From Utricularia gibba (Eukaryota; Plantae; Magnoliophyta), in the NCBI GenBank assembly GCA_002189035.1, contig CM007989.1, forward strand, positions 5,332,001 through 5,396,000: 64,000 bases of DNA, given 5' to 3'. The position numbers were made by a program, and so were the translations under genes. Positions 24,337 to 36,606 of this stretch are shown one piece after another (the first letter of the stretch is position 1; the number at the start of each line of letters is the position of its first letter). The notes beneath the pieces were generated by a model, which was given only the letters and a program-made list of their open reading frames with translations, did not search any database and had not been told where the DNA came from.

Positions 24337-25595
24337 GTGTTCTGAGATGTTAAAATTTAGGAAATAATTTGGGTAAATCTAGATTGTTTTGGGTTGAATG
24401 AGTAAAAATTGGATTAGAATTAAAAGTTTTAAGCATCGACATCTTTATTGCTTTAATTTGGTGCTTGCTATATTTTTTTATTTCATAGTATACTGTCGTG
24501 TTGTTGGTAGATTAGATAGGCAATAAACTGGGTATCAACTTAACAAATGCATTCTGCTCTTTGCACACTACGTACATGATTTTGCAGTGATCGATCCCAA
24601 TTGCATTATTCCTTTTTGTTTGAGATTATAATATTTTATGTGATTCACAACGTCACTGGAGAAAGTTAGGCCGCCTATCAGGGGTGCCATGTGCAGGGAA
24701 ATCAGGAACATAGTGGCTAGGAATTGTCGATTCTGTGAGTGGAAAGCAGCGGATTGAGAGTTGAAGGTGAGAACCAACACTTGTCAGTTAGGAGTCACAC
24801 CGAGTGAGTGATGGGAGAGATTTGGTGTTGAGGCAAGCCTCCTTAAAAGTCCTTTTTGAGGTGAAAAAAAAAATGAGGCATTTACTTGGGTTTCTGCTGC
24901 TTATTTCCCCTTGTCACTCCCTTAAATGCATTTCAATGTATTTTTTTTTTCTTATCTCAATCACCTTTTGCAATTCAAATATTTTCTTCCTAGGCTTTGA
25001 AAAGATGGGTGTAGTTTGCCAGGCCTTTCAAAACGCACTGATGGTAATTTTGCTCTTGGAAAATAGACAAGTGATTTTTTAAGCAGTATAAAAACAAGGA
25101 CCGGGTGGGGGGATGAGACCGCGTGAACGTGAAAATAGTAACCGACTTACGCAGACAGCGGAACAACGGCGAGGGCCGTTTGTTTGTTAATGGCACGAAG
25201 CATTATTGGGCCTGGGGCTCATTTATCCAGCAACTTCCCCTTCCACGACCACAAATAATCCTTCCTTCTCTTCAAAACGCGCGGACAGCATGGATAAATA
25301 GAGCAAGTTATTGTGCATATTTTTTGCTGCAAACAAGTTTAGAGTTGGTGGTGCAGGTAAAAGTGACGTGTACGGTGTCGGGAAGTTAAATGTGGGAGCA
25401 ACATTTTGTCTGCATCACTTCTTTCTTTTATCTGTATTTTATTGATGTGGTGGGTTTCTGCGATGTTATTTTCGATCCCCACGTTAGGGATTTAGAGTAG
25501 GAGGTGCCGTATAGGAAGGGAGGGGATGCCTCATCATTTTGCCTTTGCGTCGGCTGAGTTCCCAGTTTGCCTCCGGAACAGCTTCCACGAATGAC

Positions 25596-25937
25596 ATGGT
25601 TTCATCCCATGTAGCAACACCACGGTGGCTGATGATACTTATTCTTCTTCTTATCCTCCTCCTACTGCTCTCGCCCTCGTCTTTTTGTTTGAATTCCTAT
25701 CGGTTCACGGCGGAGGAGAGCTCGAGATTGGGGTCCAGGCCACCCAGCTGTCACAGCAAATGCAACCAATGCCGGCCCTGCACGGTGGTGCAGGAGCCCT
25801 TTCTGTCTGGAGGTGGCGGTTCGCCGGTGGGTGACCGTGAACACGATGACTCGTCGGCATCACTTGGAGGGAGGTACTCTAATTACAAGCCCCTGGCTTG
25901 GAAGTGCTCTTGCGGTGGCCGTTTTTACAACATTTGA
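25596..25937 (+). CDS. EPFL1: EPIDERMAL PATTERNING FACTOR-LIKE peptide precursor (EPFL1-like), 113 aa, single exon
   Basis: It has a hydrophobic signal peptide followed by RLGSRPPSCHSKCNQCRPC..VQ.P and YSNYKPLAWKCSCGGRFYN, with all six conserved Cys. The start context gacATGg is good. Confidence 0.9.
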   Translation: MVSSHVATPRWLMILILLLILLLLLSPSSFCLNSYRFTAEESSRLGSRPPSCHSKCNQCRPCTVVQEPFLSGGGGSPVGDREHDDSSASLGGRYSNYKPLAWKCSCGGRFYNI

Positions 25938-26220
25938 TTCTACTCATGCTTTTGTGTTTCTGAGTGTCCTACGTCATTTTTTTGCTGCTTATTATCATTA
26001 TTGTATTGGTCTTTGTATATGCGTATCAATTTTGAAGTAAAACATTTTTGGAAAATAATGTGCGTTTATATGAGTCCTGGAAATATAAAAATATGAAAAT
26101 TATTATTTTCGGAATATTCGATATATTTGTAAATAGCAAGTATCTATAATCTCTGGCAAACTAAATTAGAAAATTTGAGCAAACTAAATAGAAGCTTCCA
26201 TCAAATTATCGAAACTTAGC

Positions 26221-27343
26221 ACGAAGATCATCATATTCATTGCATTCTTCACCTTCTGTTTCACTTCGCTGAGTACTTCAATCCCCCCATGCAACACTCG
26301 CAGCGGCGGAATTGAAACCAAGTACCCTTTCAGAGCTGGCCCCGGCTGCGGTTCACCGTGATTTAACCCCTACATCCTCTGCGATGGCGGTGAGCTCCGA
26401 CTCTTGACCCACAAAGGATCATATGAAGTAACTTCTGTTTCTAATCTAGCGTCGACGATCACCGTAGCGCGGTCGTGCATGTCGAATTGCACATCCATGC
26501 AGATTTCAGCCGGCGACTCCGGGCTTGATAGGTTAAGCCCATTTTCAGCTTGGGGCGTCGAAATTTATTCTATTGGGATGCTCCCCTGAAATCTTACGGG
26601 GAAATCTAATTTGCGGTTCTTTCTCTTCTAATTACCTCTGCGCCGCTATTTACTCCTGCCCCCCCGCGGTGGCCCTCGGGTTTCCTATTTTTCCGCCAAC
26701 TATTAGCTGCTGTGTGTATTCTCCGGCGGAGCTCGACCGGGACGATGAATTGGATCTCAGGGGGCTGAAATGCCGGGGGTACAGTTCGGTGATTGGGCTT
26801 GGAGATGTGCCCAGTGATCCCGAAAGATGGACAGCTGGGGTGACGGTGAAGTACACAATGGGAGGCTTGGATGGCTTCAGTGTCCCTCAGAACTGAAGGA
26901 GTTGTGAGATGATCGGCGGCGCGTGTGGATATGCGCTGCCAGATAATGGTTTCGTTTGCGTTTGTGAGTATGGAAATACAACGACGGATTGCTCTACGTA
27001 CGGCATCGTGGGGAGCTCAAGTGCAAGAGCATCAAGAGGTAAGAATCTTTCATACGCACTGTAGGATACATCAAGATATGAAAGCAAATATGTTTTGTAT
27101 TTTATGAAACAATAATCAACATTCTAATATAACCATGTGTTTCTGTAACAAGGGCTAATTTTCTTGAGAATGAACTCCAAGTACACGCTTTCGGAAGACA
27201 AGTTTGAACGTCAAGTACTGCACTGCACACCCTCAGAATTTGTATTGCACATATCACTCCAACAATTCATTAGTGCGTGCTGTGCAGGTGCTTGGGGGAA
27301 GTATTTTAATTCATTCGCCAGTCTTCTCGGTGTGCTGATGTGA
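26221..27343 (+). pseudogene. Kinase-less WAK-ectodomain protein (GUB_WAK_bind plus WAK-associated Cys-rich; At1g10380-like family), disabled
   Basis: Reconstructed ORF: ACG replaces ATG at 26221, then a signal peptide, KYPFRAGPGCGSP, TGA at 26359-26361, a +1 T frameshift at 26542-26545, CCVYSP..LDLRGLKCRGY..PERW, TGA at 26894-26896, and CE..GGACGY..VCVC..TTTDC. A putative intron spans 27039-27287 and a short hydrophobic last exon spans 27288-27343. Confidence 0.88.
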
Positions 27344-28021
27344 ATGGTGATTAGCAAGGGATCTGATTCTGGGGAGGAATAAAGCTGGTGAGTATCTCAT
27401 CTCACTAATAATCATTCTGTACTACTATTTTAGCAGCGCTTCTTTGGTGGAAGTTAGTATTTTAACCTCAGTCAGTCACATGCCACATCGCTAGGTATTT
27501 GATTTCAGAGTCATTGGGTGTCCGGAATTAGTTGTCTAGGCATGAGCTGTTGGATTTCAGAGTCAGTGATTTGAATGCAGTTGCCCCCATGGCTTGATTT
27601 AATGAAGAAACAAATAAAAATAAATAAATTTCTTTGCCTCCGTCCGGTCCGGCTGAATACGATCCTGAAGTGTCAGAGTAACGACAAAGACGTAACCTCT
27701 AATGGGTCAACAACTGGTAATGAATGCTATCAGACTGGGAACGGGAGAGGTGACTCTCCATACTTTTGATTCTCGAGTATAATAAGAATGCATCATAAAA
27801 GCATCATACAGAGGAAAGCAGTGAAATATGCAAGACGTTGAGACTTCAGTAGGCTCACTTGAATCCAACTCAGGAGTCACAACTTGCAATTCCCTTCTAA
27901 ACCGCGGAAGAGCAGGATTGTGGAGTCATTTTAAAAATTATTCATTGCAAAAACTGTCCTTTATAAAATTAAACATGGTGTGAATTGTGTATATTTAAAT
28001 TTAGAAAACTACCCACTTTAC

Positions 28022-28060
<39 letters not shown>
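28022..28060. repeat. (TA)n microsatellite followed by (TGTA)3
   Basis: Read directly from the sequence. Confidence 0.9.
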
Positions 28061-28974
28061 TATAACTATCATAATTTATATTTTTTTAATATTAAAAAAA
28101 TAAAACATGGATTCTGCATAATTTTTATTATAATATTTATTAAAAATATTTTTACTTTGTACATAATATCAACATTATTAAATAAAGACTATTTCAATAA
28201 TAATATATCTCTTGTTTAAAATAAGCATTTAAAAACTTTTTATTGAATTGTTGGGAAAATTTATATTTCTTTTAAAATATAATTTGAATATAATAATCAA
28301 TATTAAACAATATTGTCATATAACTTAATATAGAGAAAATTGCAAAAATAACAACTCAAGTTTCATTCAGTATAGAGAGTCTAATTCCTAAGTTTCAAAA
28401 TGGCAAAAAAGACACTTCAAGTTGTCAAAACCATTTAACAAAAACCTATATAATTTTCAAAGTTTTTAAAAAATAAACCAAGTATGAGTGATCAAGTATG
28501 CAACAAATATCCATAATGATAAGTTAAAAATGAGAGTTTAAACATGTAAAAAAAAGACCAAAATAATTTTCAAAACTGTTCAACGAAGACCCAATTAATA
28601 TATAATTTCATAAGTTGATGGCTAACTATATAAGAAAAATTTATGTTATGTGAATTAATTTATATGACATTTAATAATAAAATAACAATCTTTCTGGCTT
28701 TCAAAATTATAAATCTCAATCCCTTTAAATCAGTTGTATCAATTTGAAAGCATTAATTCATTTTTCAAAAAATTTATTATTAATAATTTATTTATTCATG
28801 TTTCAAAAATTATATTTTTGAGTATTTTTAGAGTCAAAAATATCCCAAATAAAATGAAAAATATTATACGTACGAATGATACACTTTCGTTGGTTATTTC
28901 TTTGACAATGTTGGGAATATTTTTTTCAGTTTATGACTATGAAATCTTGTTTTATTTTCCATACATGAATAATT

Positions 28975-30465
28975 AAACTTTAGAATGCCTTAAGATGTAG
29001 GGTGGTGATGAGAGGCAAGGGTACATAAAACAATTGATCTTTGTTTCTTAACTTTTTTTCTATTAATACTCGGGTAGACCTAAGGAGGTAAACAAGTGGC
29101 TTCACAACTCAAATGTTTGATTTAGAAGTAAACCAAAAAATCAAGATGAAAGTAGTAGATATTAGTTTAGGGGTGAACTAATAGAACTGGGTGGATTTAG
29201 TTCTATATACTTTGCATATGGGTAGACCTAAGTGCAATGTTAATGATGATATTGGAGACTAGTTAGCCGAAAATATGATGAATGACTTGGGTAGACTTAG
29301 GTTGTTTTGGAGTTGTAAATACAGGAACATGATAAATTAAATTAGGTATCTTAACATCACATCACCTGCATTATCTTAAGACATCTTATTATTACTCTGT
29401 ACGTAGAACCACTACTTGTCGCGTTCTGCTTTGCAACTTGACCTTACTTAACGAGCTTTGCTGTTACTGTTAGTTTAGCCTTAGACTAAATCAAAAATCA
29501 TTCTATGGTCCTGCATAAACTAGAACACATACCAAGCATTTGCTCCTTGTGATCGATCCCAAAAACTACTATGCATGTTTTATGCACTTGTATTTTGTGA
29601 ATAGTAGGGTTTATAAATTTATTTGATATAAAATTTGATTTTATTACAACGATATTCAAATTTTCTGTTTATCAAATTGGCACAATTGCTGGGGACCAGT
29701 GTTTAATCTTTTTGTGTTTTTAGTTGATGCATTTACGTTCTTCTGGTGTAGGTAATCTTATTGCTATTCAAAAATCAAGAGAGCTATCAGTAAGAACAAG
29801 AAGAAAGTGAGGGAAGCAAGCAGGTTGAGGCAGCTCCCACCTGACACCAACAACAATTTCAAAATGGCTGAACCTGAGAATACCTTGAACGAATTAGATG
29901 CTGCTGATCACACTTACATGGGTCTATACATCAGATTTCTAGAGGATGGAGCAAATGAGTTGAAACCGTCGATGATCAATTTTTTGCCAAGTTTTGTGGG
30001 AAAATTGGAGAGAACCCCCATGAGCATCTAGACAATGTGACGGCAGTATGCACATCATTCAAGGGAGTTGGAATGATTGAAGATTCAATCTATTTGAAAG
30101 CCTTCCAATTTACTTTGGAAGGAAGAGCTAAAACATGATTCAACTCTCTAAGGCCTGGAAGCATCACTGATTTGGTTGAAATGAAAAAAATGTTTTTGAG
30201 CAAATATTTTTCAGCTTCCAAGGTTGAAGGGATGAGAAAAGAGATTAGTGATGTTGAACAGATAAGTGGAGAATCATTGCATGAATATTAGGAAAGATTT
30301 AATCATCTTTTGAGTTCTTGTCCACACCATGATTTTCAAACCAATGCTTTGGTCAAATATTTCTATGATGTACTCTTTTGCACAGATAAAGCCATGGTAG
30401 ATTCGGCGGCAAGAGTATTTTTAAGGAAAACGACACCAACCAAAGCTCTTTCCTTGTTTGAGAAG
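28975..30465 (+). mobile_element. Athila-like family A fragment: partial LTR (to 29674), PBS (29678-29695) and truncated gag
   Basis: The LTR end TTTATCA-aat is followed by TGGCACAATTGCTGGGGA (tRNA-Asp-type PBS). The gag reads ELKPSMINFLPSF..LKAFQFTLEGRA..CPHHDFQTNALVKYFYD, with frameshifts and stops. Confidence 0.85.
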
Positions 30466-30883
30466 CTGTTTTTCAGTGTTTTAGGACTACAAAAAGAGTA
30501 ACATTGTCTTATAAATTTGGGATTTTTTTAACCATTTTTGAATTTTTGTGATTAACAGTCTTATTTACGTGTTTTAATCCAGATTCTGACTACATTCTAT
30601 ATTTAGCCAAAATCTTTACTTTAATCATTTTCTTTGATCAATGCAACATATTTATAGTAATGCAAACCCCAATAAACTGACTTAATTTTAGTTTAGACTT
30701 AATCTACTATTGTGACAGAAGCATAATATATTAGCTTTCACATGATAAGCAGAAAGCTCCTTGGTTAGTCCGTAATCCTTAACACTCGTGTTTTTTATAT
30801 GATTGATTGTGAATTAGGTTTATAAATTTTATTTGAGACGTGAATTTGAATATTCACGACACCTGAGAATTTTTTGTTTATCA
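30466..30883 (+). mobile_element. 3' part of a related Athila-like LTR
   Basis: It ends TAGGTTTATAAATT..AATTTTTTGTTTATCA, like the LTR ends at 29674 and 48538. Confidence 0.55.
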
Positions 30884-32107
30884 AATGATGTAAGTGGGTT
30901 GATCCAGGCATTACTTCTAGGGCACAACAACGGCGCAGGTGCATGAGTTGTTGAAATGCAACAGCAACAAGGGCAAAGTCAGCTTTTGACTTCTTGTGTA
31001 TGGATGTTCTTCGTCCCTGCGCTTCATTACTTTGTGTTTGAGGCAAAGGTTACCGACCTCGAGTTACTTGGTGTTGCAGGGAAGGTGTTTCTGCAACATA
31101 CCCTCCTAGCTCATGTTCTGTGTTAATCATTAAATGTGCTGTAATTCCAAGCTATTATGACTTTACATAGACTATGACTCTGTATTTGGTTGTGTGGATT
31201 TCTTAGTGAAAACTCTTTGTATATCAAGTGTTTGGTGAAATCCTTTCGCCTCACTTACAACAATTGGTGCTAGAGGGAGGGCTGAAATGGCTCACGTAGG
31301 TCAAGGAGGACGAGTAGGAAACCCATAGATAATACATGAGCTCTATATCGATCAAAGATTTGAGACCGTTGAACAGAGGCTGGAACAACTTATGATAGTT
31401 GTGGAAAATTTGATGGTGACCCAGTCCCCCAGGTCCTCAATTCACCAGGAGAGACCGTCGACAATGCTAGGACATTATGGTAGTGTGAGGAGCATACACT
31501 TCATTCTTCTCAAGATCGCCGTTGGGAGTCTGGGTTGTGCACAGATATTCCCGAGTTCTAGGGGGTTTAAAGGTTGAGGAATTTATCCAGTGGATAGTGG
31601 AATGCGTCTTGAATTACAAAAAGGTGCTTGAGGAATGATAAGTTGATCTGGTGATCACTCGCTTAAGAGGTTGAGCATCAGATTGATGGGTATAGCTTAC
31701 ACTAACTAGAAGTAGGATGGGAAAATCGAAAGTATCTTCTTGGAACAAAATGAAAAAATATCTCAAGTTGGCATTCTTACCACACAATTATCAAAGACTC
31801 CTATTTCAGCAACTCTCCGGTATTAAATAAGGCTCAAAATCAGTAGAAGAGCATACTAGGAAATTTCTTCAATTAGTAGCATGTGTCTAGTTGCAAGAAT
31901 GAAATGAACGCTTGACTAGAAGGTATATTGCGAGTCTACACCCCAACTTACAAGAGGAATTGAATCTATTTGATCTACTAATAGTTGATGCATCACACCA
32001 ACGGGCACTTTGTTAGGTTTCTCATAGACATCACATGTCAGAAAAGCAATGGAATTTAAAATCCCCAAGATCTAGGAATAATTAGGTGAACAGATTGAGC
32101 CCTTCTA

Positions 32108-32899
32108 CGACCAATAATCATGCAATGAATAACTTTCATCATACATATCTCATTCGTTACTAGAACATAGGTATGTGTCTTTCTAATGTATTGAACTTAT
32201 AAATGCATTTAACTAACATTCAATGACCGACTCAAACTCTTCAAGTATCATTACCCTGGGCCCAAGATTTACTATCAGGCTTTCATGCAATTACTTGAGA
32301 TAAGATCTAATCGCTAACATGAGTGATGAATCCTTTATTGATCAATTAACTATCTTCAACCTTAAGGACACACATCCCTTCTCATCCATATTGGACAAGC
32401 CATGATTAGAGTCCCATTAGCAATTAGCAACAATGCGAGTTTAAGATCAAGATAACTTTGTTGACTCCAAGTCTAAGCTAACTTGCACGATTGTCATATT
32501 TAAGATCTTGCTACTGACACTTGGTTATCTTCCCATAGTAGTATCTCGAAGACAAGTCATCCAGTGAATCGATTTTCTAATCAACATGCAAAAATTGGTT
32601 CTAGTAATCTTATTACATTAATTGTGATAACCATTGCTTTAATAATTTAGGGTACTCAATATATGCCAGCTTATCCATATTTGTAATATTCTCATTTTAC
32701 AAATACTCTAGTCATGGAATTTTTAACTTGAACATAAATGTTTGAAAAATCTCACAATATAATCTCATCTTAATTTCTACAGTATATAGATCAACTAGAA
32801 GATTTTATTAGTGATATAAATTTGATAACAATTCAAAAAATATATCAAAAGATAAGATTTACCAATAATTTGATTGTCTCTAAAATACATACACTAACA
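32108..32899 (-). mobile_element. Partial Angela-like copia LTR nested in the CRM gag
   Basis: It is the reverse-complement homologue of the first ~740 bp of the LTR at 38724, and starts TGTTAGTGT at 32899. Confidence 0.8.
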
Positions 32900-34495
32900 C
32901 ACTTATTATGAAAAAGAGGGGAAAACGTATCACAACTAGTTAGGGATGCATTCAAATTGGTATGGGGTTGGACAATCAAAATGCTAATACATGAGAGGTA
33001 ACCCTGAATCTAATGCCAAAAGATCCGTTGGGGGCTTGAAGTGTTACTCTTGTATTTGGTCACAAGCAATCTGAATGTCAAAATAGTGGAAAAAGAGCAA
33101 TGATCATGAAAGAGGTAACTTCATTTGAAAACATCTTTGCTGATTATGAAAATGAGAAATATGTTGAAGGAGATGTGGGCAAAGCCTTGGTTAGGCAATG
33201 ATTATGTCTTGCACCTGAAAATCATGATGAAAAAATTGGTTGAAAAATAATATCTTCCTTTCTACCTACACCATTCAAGACAGAATCTGCAAATTCATCA
33301 TTAACAGTGAGATTTTTGACAATTTTATTTTCGAAGAGGTCATCCTAAAGCTGAATATTCCTACTAAGCCATTGAAAAGGACTTACTAGTCATCTTGGTT
33401 GAAAAAAAAAAGAAACTGTAAGTGTTGAGAGAAGGGCCTTAATTACCTTAATTGTGGGAAAGAATTACAAGGATTCCATCTAGTGTGATGTCGTTAGGAT
33501 GGACGTTGGCCACCTCATTCTTGGACGACCTTGGCAATTAGATCGTAATGCATTCCTTGCTTGTTAAGAAAATACTTATGCTTTTTTGTTGAACAAGGTG
33601 AAGATAGTGTTAATGCCGTTTAAATTGGTGGGGCCTGAAAATGACAATAAGGCAATAGTGCTTATATCGGGTTCTACGAATGATTAGTGATGCCGATTGG
33701 ACTTTCAAATGTACCCAATACTTTTATGTGGGCTATGAACCACTTGTTATGCTCTTTTATTGGTAGATTCCATGTCGTGTATTTTGATGGAATATTGATT
33801 TATAGCCCGGATTGTGCCTCCCACTTACAGCATCTACGAGAGGTTCTTGAAGTACTCAAATGAGATTTTGATGGAATATTGATTTATAGCCCGGATTGTG
33901 CTTCATCCCTCAATTTAGCCAATTAATGGCTTCGATAACTCACTGTGTCAAGAAAAATACCTTCCACTAGACAAGTGCTGCTGATCAAGCCTTCTATAAC
34001 TTCATGGAAAAGTTATCTACAATTCCAATCTTGACACTCCTAGATTTTCCGCAACCCTCTGAGCTACAATGTGATGCTTTTGGCGTCGGCATTGGGGCTT
34101 TCTCGAGCCAAGGAGGCCACTCGATTGCCTATTTTAGTGAAAAACTCTCAGGTAGCCAATTATACTATAGTGCTTATGAAATTGAAGTCTTTGCTCTTGT
34201 CCATGCAGTGAATCATTGGAAGCATTATGTCCTTGATAAGGAGTTTATTTTATGGATATACCATTACTCTTTGAAACACCTCAATTGCCAGAATAAGAGT
34301 TTTAACCACCAGAGACGGTGAGTTGCATTTCTTTAGCAGTTCTCTTTTGTTATTAAGCACAAGAGTGGAGCCCAAAATCGTGTAGCAGATGCTTTAAGTC
34401 AGCGCAGATCTTGCTTAATGGCACTCTAGGTGCAAGTTACTTGCTTTGAGGCCCTCCAAGACTCTTATACTTCCGATTCTTATTTTGACCATTGT

Positions 34496-36140
34496 TGTAA
34501 CAATTGCATCAAGGCCGTGCAACTGATTATATATCAAGGTCCAAATTCACACATTATAAACTTAGACCTTGATTCCATATTCCCAATGAAGGAATATAAG
34601 ACCCTATTATCCTATCAACTTAAACTCATAGGGAGATTGGAGATAGTTTTGTGAACATCACATAGGAAGAGATGAAATAAAAAAAAGTCATTCACATAAA
34701 CATAGTAAATATGGTGTGGACAACATTTTTAGTTTAACTAATTTGACTATCTACATAGACTCAATGTTTAAAGTATTCACAAAGATAGTCAAGAAACACA
34801 AGGACTAGTCTGAGCACCAAAATGGTTGATAGAGAGATCCCTTCTCTTATAACCTGGATCACAGCACCTAATCCTACCTTTCCCATTCTTTTCCTAGAAT
34901 ACTTAGTGGTCAAGGCACTGAATACAATACATAAAATCAAGAATAAACAGTAACATTTAACATATCATGAGTTCATTAACTATGTGACCCTTTATGTGCA
35001 TGGTCGCACCCCATTGATCTCAGTAACTTCAGTTTGGAAACCTTAGAAACCAAGATCAAAAGGTTTCTTTTGGCTTTGACCTTACGAAATCAGTAGAGGG
35101 GTGCCACCCCTTTAATAACTCCACATGGTTACAGCCCCTTTTCCCTTTTCCTTTGAATTCCTCATCTTCATAGCATTTAGTGGCTAAAACTTTATAAGAA
35201 GTTGCCTCAAGCATGCTTGACATATAGTAGTGCACCTCAATCTCATAGCATATCATGATACACATGAACACTAGGTTATCTTTCTTGAACTTTTCCTTAT
35301 TTAAAATTACCAAATAAAAATTATTTAAAAGCTGAGTAGGGCTTTATCTAGTAACAAAAATAACATAAATTCGAGCACCCAGTAGAAGGTTACAAAATCA
35401 AGAGTTTGGACTTAAAAACCAATTGTTGGGGCTCAACAGATTTCAAAGGTAATAAAAGAATTAACCCATAACATCCTACTCCCATCTCCAAACCAAGAAA
35501 TTCTTTTTGAAACATAAACAAAGGATAAAGAGATATCATGTTAAGCATATCTCATGAATCATAGCCAATCAAAACATAAAATTCATGAAATATATAAAAT
35601 CACAGATTTGCATGTAGCACACAATACATAAATTCAGAACCTATCATCCTGCTTACGCTTTTCTAAATCAACTCCTTGAAAAACGAAACCCTTTGTATTT
35701 CACTCTGATATAAGCCTGCAAATTTTCATGATATTGGCACCACCAAAGAGCTCTCAATAGATTAGACTCCACAACGATACAAACTGTCTCTGATCTGCAG
35801 ATCCCCCTTCAATCACCCACGTTTTTCTCATTTCCCAATGTTTTTCCTTTCATCTCTCTTCTTTTTATAGCATTAGTCATGCTTATCTGTAATTCCTTTA
35901 AACAAGACACGTTACCACAATCAAAACACATGGCACTTTCTTATTTTGCATGAAACACATGCCAATACCATATTAAAATATGTGGTGCTCTCTGATTGGC
36001 CATGGTGCATGCTTTATCTTGTTGTCATCAGCTTACTAAGACACATGGTGTATTGCGATTGGTCATTGTTGTATGTATGATCTATCTTTATTTCTCTTTT
36101 TCTTTTCCTCCTATTCTAATCCTAGTTGTGAAATCTCACA
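34496..36140. mobile_element. ~1.65-kb LTR-like (Tekay-style) insertion between CRM RNase H and integrase
   Basis: Termini are TGTAACA..TCTCACA and the host reading frame resumes at HYTLENGYLFKG. A TSD ATTGT/ATTAT is possible if one base was lost. Confidence 0.55.
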
Positions 36141-36606
36141 TTATACCCTAGAAAATGGCTACTTGTTCAAGGGGTGCTGATTATGCATCCCAGATTCCAG
36201 TTTAAGGTTCAGTTAATCCAAAATCTCCATGAGGAAGGACATGTAGGGGCTGATCGCACATTGTTCTTAGTTAGATCAGCCTATTTTTGGCCCAGACAGT
36301 AGCATCATGCCATTCGTTTTTTGTTGGATGCCAAGTGTGTCAAAGGAGTAAAGGAGTGGCCACAAATTCTGGGTTATATTAGCCACTCCTATTCCTCAAA
36401 TAGCCTTGGGTGGATATTAGCATGGACTTTGCATTAGAACTGCCAAAGACACAAAGCGGCCTTGATTCAATATTTATGATGATTCGATATCTAAATTTCA
36501 ATTCAGCCGATCACCCAAAAACCAATGGCCAAATTGAATTGTTGAGTCACTCCTTAGGCAACTTGTCGCAATGTTTGGTGAAGGCAGAACAAAAATCATG
36601 GGACGT

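Larger units (their letters stand above)
30886..36606 (+). mobile_element. CRM-like chromovirus (Ty3/gypsy), heavily deleted, 3' end missing; 5' LTR 30886-31262
   Basis: The LTR termini are TGATGTAAGTG..CACTTACAACA, with PBS TGGTGCTAGAGGGAGGG at 31265. Domains: gag DRRWESGLCTDIPEF, protease CDVVRMDVGHLILGRPW, RT VMPIGLSNVPNTF..YFDGILIYS, RNase H 34004-34321, and integrase LHEEGHVG..WVDISMDF at 36160-36600. Confidence 0.88.

Noticed and set aside
25539-25595. 19-codon N-terminal extension of the EPFL ORF in the ORF track
   Set aside because: It starts at TTG rather than ATG, and ATG25596 has good context and directly precedes the signal peptide.
27480-27490. ATGCCACATCG, similar to the plant snRNA USE element
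   Set aside because: It has one mismatch, no correctly spaced TATA box, and no snRNA-like sequence downstream.
27980-28976. ORFs in the very AT-rich stretch after the WAK pseudogene
   Set aside because: They are low-complexity Ile/Phe/Tyr/Asn products of microsatellite and AT-rich DNA. A MITE is possible, but no TIR pair was confirmed.
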